Of a stretch of DNA of 64,000 nucleotides, positions 61,534 to 64,000 are shown piece by piece. Within the stretch, counting starts at the first letter, position 1. Each line of letters starts with the position of its first letter. Location: NCBI GenBank assembly GCA_963681965.1, contig OY820579.1:3584001-3648000 (forward strand), read 5' to 3'. The DNA is from a bacterium. Its GTDB lineage: Bacteria; Electryoneota; JAOADG01. A model generated the notes under the pieces. That model saw only the letters and a program-made list of their open reading frames with translations, was not told the origin of the DNA and ran no database searches. A program made the position numbers and the translations under genes.

Positions 61534-62936
61534 TTCACTCCCGCCGTTTGCAAATGCGCAATTAAAGCTTCGCTAATTCGCTCCAGCGCCATGCCGCGCG
61601 AGCCCTTAATCAGGATCGCATCCCCTTCGCTAACCGTAGCACACAATTCGGCGATGATATCGTCGATCGTGTCGCTATGAAATACATTCCGCATCCCATC
61701 TTCAACCAATCGCTGATGCGCATACCGACACATCTCACCGGTCGTGTAAACTGCCGATAACGGTTTCTTCGCGATCGATTCACCCAGCATCTCGTGATCG
61801 ACCCGCGACCATTTGCCCAATTCGAACATATCCCCGAGGACTGCAATGCGATGCCGGACATTCGGCAATTCGCACAATAAATCGACTGCGGCAATCATTG
61901 AGTGCAACGAGGCATTGTATTCGTCGCGAATAATCCGAACCCCGCCAACATTCACGATTTGACTCCGCATCGGAATATCCTGCAATCCTGCAATCCGGTC
62001 GGCAATTCGATCGAACGATATACCCATCGCCTGACCGATTACTCCGGCAGCCAATAAATTTTCAGTTTGATGGCGTCCCGGAAGCGGCGACCGAATGATC
62101 GTTTTTTCAATCTGAATTCCATAATTCCCTTGATCATCCGGAGCAACAACTTTTGCATGAACTACTCTCCCTTTAAATCCGCTTATCTCGCCATGCAGGG
62201 TGTAACCAACGTCATTGGTTCCCGGATACGCAACTGCGAGATCGCGAATGAAGGGATCGTCGAGATTAACGATCCTCACTGCATCCGGCAACATTTCCGA
62301 AAACAATTCACCCTTCGCTTGTGCGACGCCCCATTCGCTGCCGAAAAATTCCAAATGCGCGCGTCCGATGTGCGTGATGAGTCCAAAATCGGGTCTGCAA
62401 ATACGCGTCAGTTCCGAGATTTCACCGTACCGGTTCATTCCCAATTCGAACAATCCATACTTGTGTTCCGGTACTGCTTTAGTCAAAGTGAGCGGTACAC
62501 CCAGCAAGTTGTTGAAGTTGCCACTGGTGACTAAGCCCTCGCCTAGTTCCTTCAACACTTCCGCAGTAAACGTCTTGACCGTGGTTTTGGCATAGGAACC
62601 AGTGATGGCAATCATCGGACAATGCAGAACATTGCTCCGGAACCATCGACCCAATTCCCGCAGCGCGAGATATGTATCGGGAACTTTAATCACCCGGATT
62701 TGTTCGGGAAGATGCGGCAACATTTCAAGGTGTTTACTGACGATAACCGCAATCGCTCCCTTTTCGATCGCCGCAGTGATAAAATCGTGTCCGTCGCGTT
62801 TTTCTGTCGGAAGCGCAATAAAAAGATTGCCCGGTTGCAATAATCGCGTATCGATTGCAACGCCGGTCAGGACGCCTTCCGACGACCCCTGAAGCACGAC
62901 CGCTTTCGACAATTCTTGCAACGCACGCGACAACAT
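61530..62936 (-). CDS. murF: UDP-MurNAc-tripeptide--D-Ala-D-Ala ligase
   Basis: IDTR, GNFNNLLGVPLT, ELGM, GDMFELG, KGSRGM; ATG overlaps the murE TAA. Confidence 0.93.
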   Translation of the reverse strand: MLSRALQELSKAVVLQGSSEGVLTGVAIDTRLLQPGNLFIALPTEKRDGHDFITAAIEKGAIAVIVSKHLEMLPHLPEQIRVIKVPDTYLALRELGRWFRSNVLHCPMIAITGSYAKTTVKTFTAEVLKELGEGLVTSGNFNNLLGVPLTLTKAVPEHKYGLFELGMNRYGEISELTRICRPDFGLITHIGRAHLEFFGSEWGVAQAKGELFSEMLPDAVRIVNLDDPFIRDLAVAYPGTNDVGYTLHGEISGFKGRVVHAKVVAPDDQGNYGIQIEKTIIRSPLPGRHQTENLLAAGVIGQAMGISFDRIADRIAGLQDIPMRSQIVNVGGVRIIRDEYNASLHSMIAAVDLLCELPNVRHRIAVLGDMFELGKWSRVDHEMLGESIAKKPLSAVYTTGEMCRYAHQRLVEDGMRNVFHSDTIDDIIAELCATVSEGDAILIKGSRGMALERISEALIAHLQTAGVK

Positions 62937-64000
62937 TACTGTTTCCACCCCGCATTTTCCAATGACTGCAATACTTCCTGATAATCCGAATAAGAGTACC
63001 GAATCCCTTTTATTTCGACATACTCTTCTGCCCCTTTTCCGAGCACCAGCAATACATCCCCATCGCTCAATTCTCTGCATGCATTCGCAATTGCTAATGT
63101 CCGGTCCGCTTCAATCCGGGTATTCGCCTGAGCCGATTCCAATCCCGGTAGGATATCGTGTATGATATCCATTGGCTCTTCGAATCGCGGATTGTCGGAA
63201 GTAACGGTAATAACGTCGGCGGATGTCGCTGCAGCACCCATCAAGGGTCGTTTCGCACGATCGCGATTACCACCACATCCAAATACTACATGCAATCGAC
63301 CCGGGGTAAATTCCCGTGCGGTTCGAATCACTTTCTCCATTGCATCGGGAGTGTGTGCATAATCGATAAATGCCTTCACTGCGGGATTGGAGGGAATTCG
63401 TTGCAACCGACCTGCTACCCCACGCAAGTTCACTACCCCTTCTACGATCGCTTCCGTCGGTACTCCGATACGATCCATCAATGCGGCAACACCCAGAATA
63501 TTCTGCACATTGTATTTCCCGAAGAATTGTGCTCGGAATTTTACCGGTCCACCAGTCAATCCGGTTACGCTGAATTCGAGACCCATATCGTTGTAGCGGA
63601 TATTCGAGGCTCGATAATCAGCATCCAATTGATCGATACCAAACGATTCAACACCCTTATCTGCCAGCAATCGCGCGGCATAAGGATCGTCTTTGTTCAC
63701 CAGGCGAATACGCGAAATTGCGTCGGTCAGAAACATCATCGCTTTTGCTTGAAAGTACTTTTCCATCGTTTCGTGGAAGTCGAGATGATCTTGCGTCAAA
63801 TTCGTCCACACGGCACCGGCAAACTCAATTCCATACACCCGATGAAGCGCTAGCGCGTGCGAAGAGACTTCCATTGCGACAAATTGATCGCCAGCGGCAA
63901 CCGCATCGGCAAGCAATCCCTGCAGTTCCAGCGATTCCGGGGTAGTATGGACGGCATTGCGATGTTTACCACCGATGATATAACCGATCGTACCGAATAC
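62936..64000 (-). CDS. murE: UDP-MurNAc-dipeptide--amino acid ligase (5' truncated by window edge)
   Basis: MEVSSHAL, TNLTQDHLDFH, DYAHTPD, FGCGG.RD, SDNPR (meso-DAP-type motif). Confidence 0.95.
   Translation of the reverse strand, partial: VFGTIGYIIGGKHRNAVHTTPESLELQGLLADAVAAGDQFVAMEVSSHALALHRVYGIEFAGAVWTNLTQDHLDFHETMEKYFQAKAMMFLTDAISRIRLVNKDDPYAARLLADKGVESFGIDQLDADYRASNIRYNDMGLEFSVTGLTGGPVKFRAQFFGKYNVQNILGVAALMDRIGVPTEAIVEGVVNLRGVAGRLQRIPSNPAVKAFIDYAHTPDAMEKVIRTAREFTPGRLHVVFGCGGNRDRAKRPLMGAAATSADVITVTSDNPRFEEPMDIIHDILPGLESAQANTRIEADRTLAIANACRELSDGDVLLVLGKGAEEYVEIKGIRYSYSDYQEVLQSLENAGWKQ

Noticed and set aside
43157-63945. Numerous antisense and alternate-frame ORFs overlapping housekeeping genes
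   Set aside because: They are shadow ORFs of well-supported genes and carry no motifs of their own

Overview
Bacterial chromosomal window. Several proteins carry YPNPFNPxTxI (T9SS/Por-type) C-terminal sorting domains, which points to an FCB-superphylum lineage (inference). Layout: (1) 1-1732, end of a three-gene membrane-protein cluster. (2) ~1750-11630, an AT-rich accessory locus of three tandem cassettes. Each cassette has REP/REPIN-like repeats, a shared leader, a protein ending in a glycine-zipper tail, small membrane protein(s), a shared hairpin and a copy of the 3' end of the neighbouring cytochrome c gene. It looks like a polymorphic toxin/immunity array, with Fur-box-like sites in cassettes 1-2 and cassette 3 hit by an IS5 and an IS3. 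(3) HybA/HybB(NrfD)-like module plus a tetraheme cytochrome c. (4) TonB-dependent receptor plus lipoprotein. (5) Two paralogous T9SS-cargo genes, one with an in-frame TGA. (6) An ~18 kb nine-gene synthase-dependent exopolysaccharide-like operon: KaiC-like/REC/degenerate-GGDEF (BcsE-like) regulator, PgaC-like GT2, two TPR/beta-barrel proteins, three GATase-like/NodB-like paralogs with apparently degenerate metal motifs, an Ig-repeat lipoprotein, and a GH9 on the opposite strand. (7) asd, comM, pgeF, mutM, GAF protein, clpB. (8) A small variable patch with REPs and a duplicated terminator. (9) A dcw cluster (murE-murF-murD-ftsW-murC-murB-ftsQ-ftsA-ftsZ) lacking mraY and murG. No rRNA, tRNA or CRISPR array was recognised. 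All family calls are by-eye motif recognition; no searches were run.
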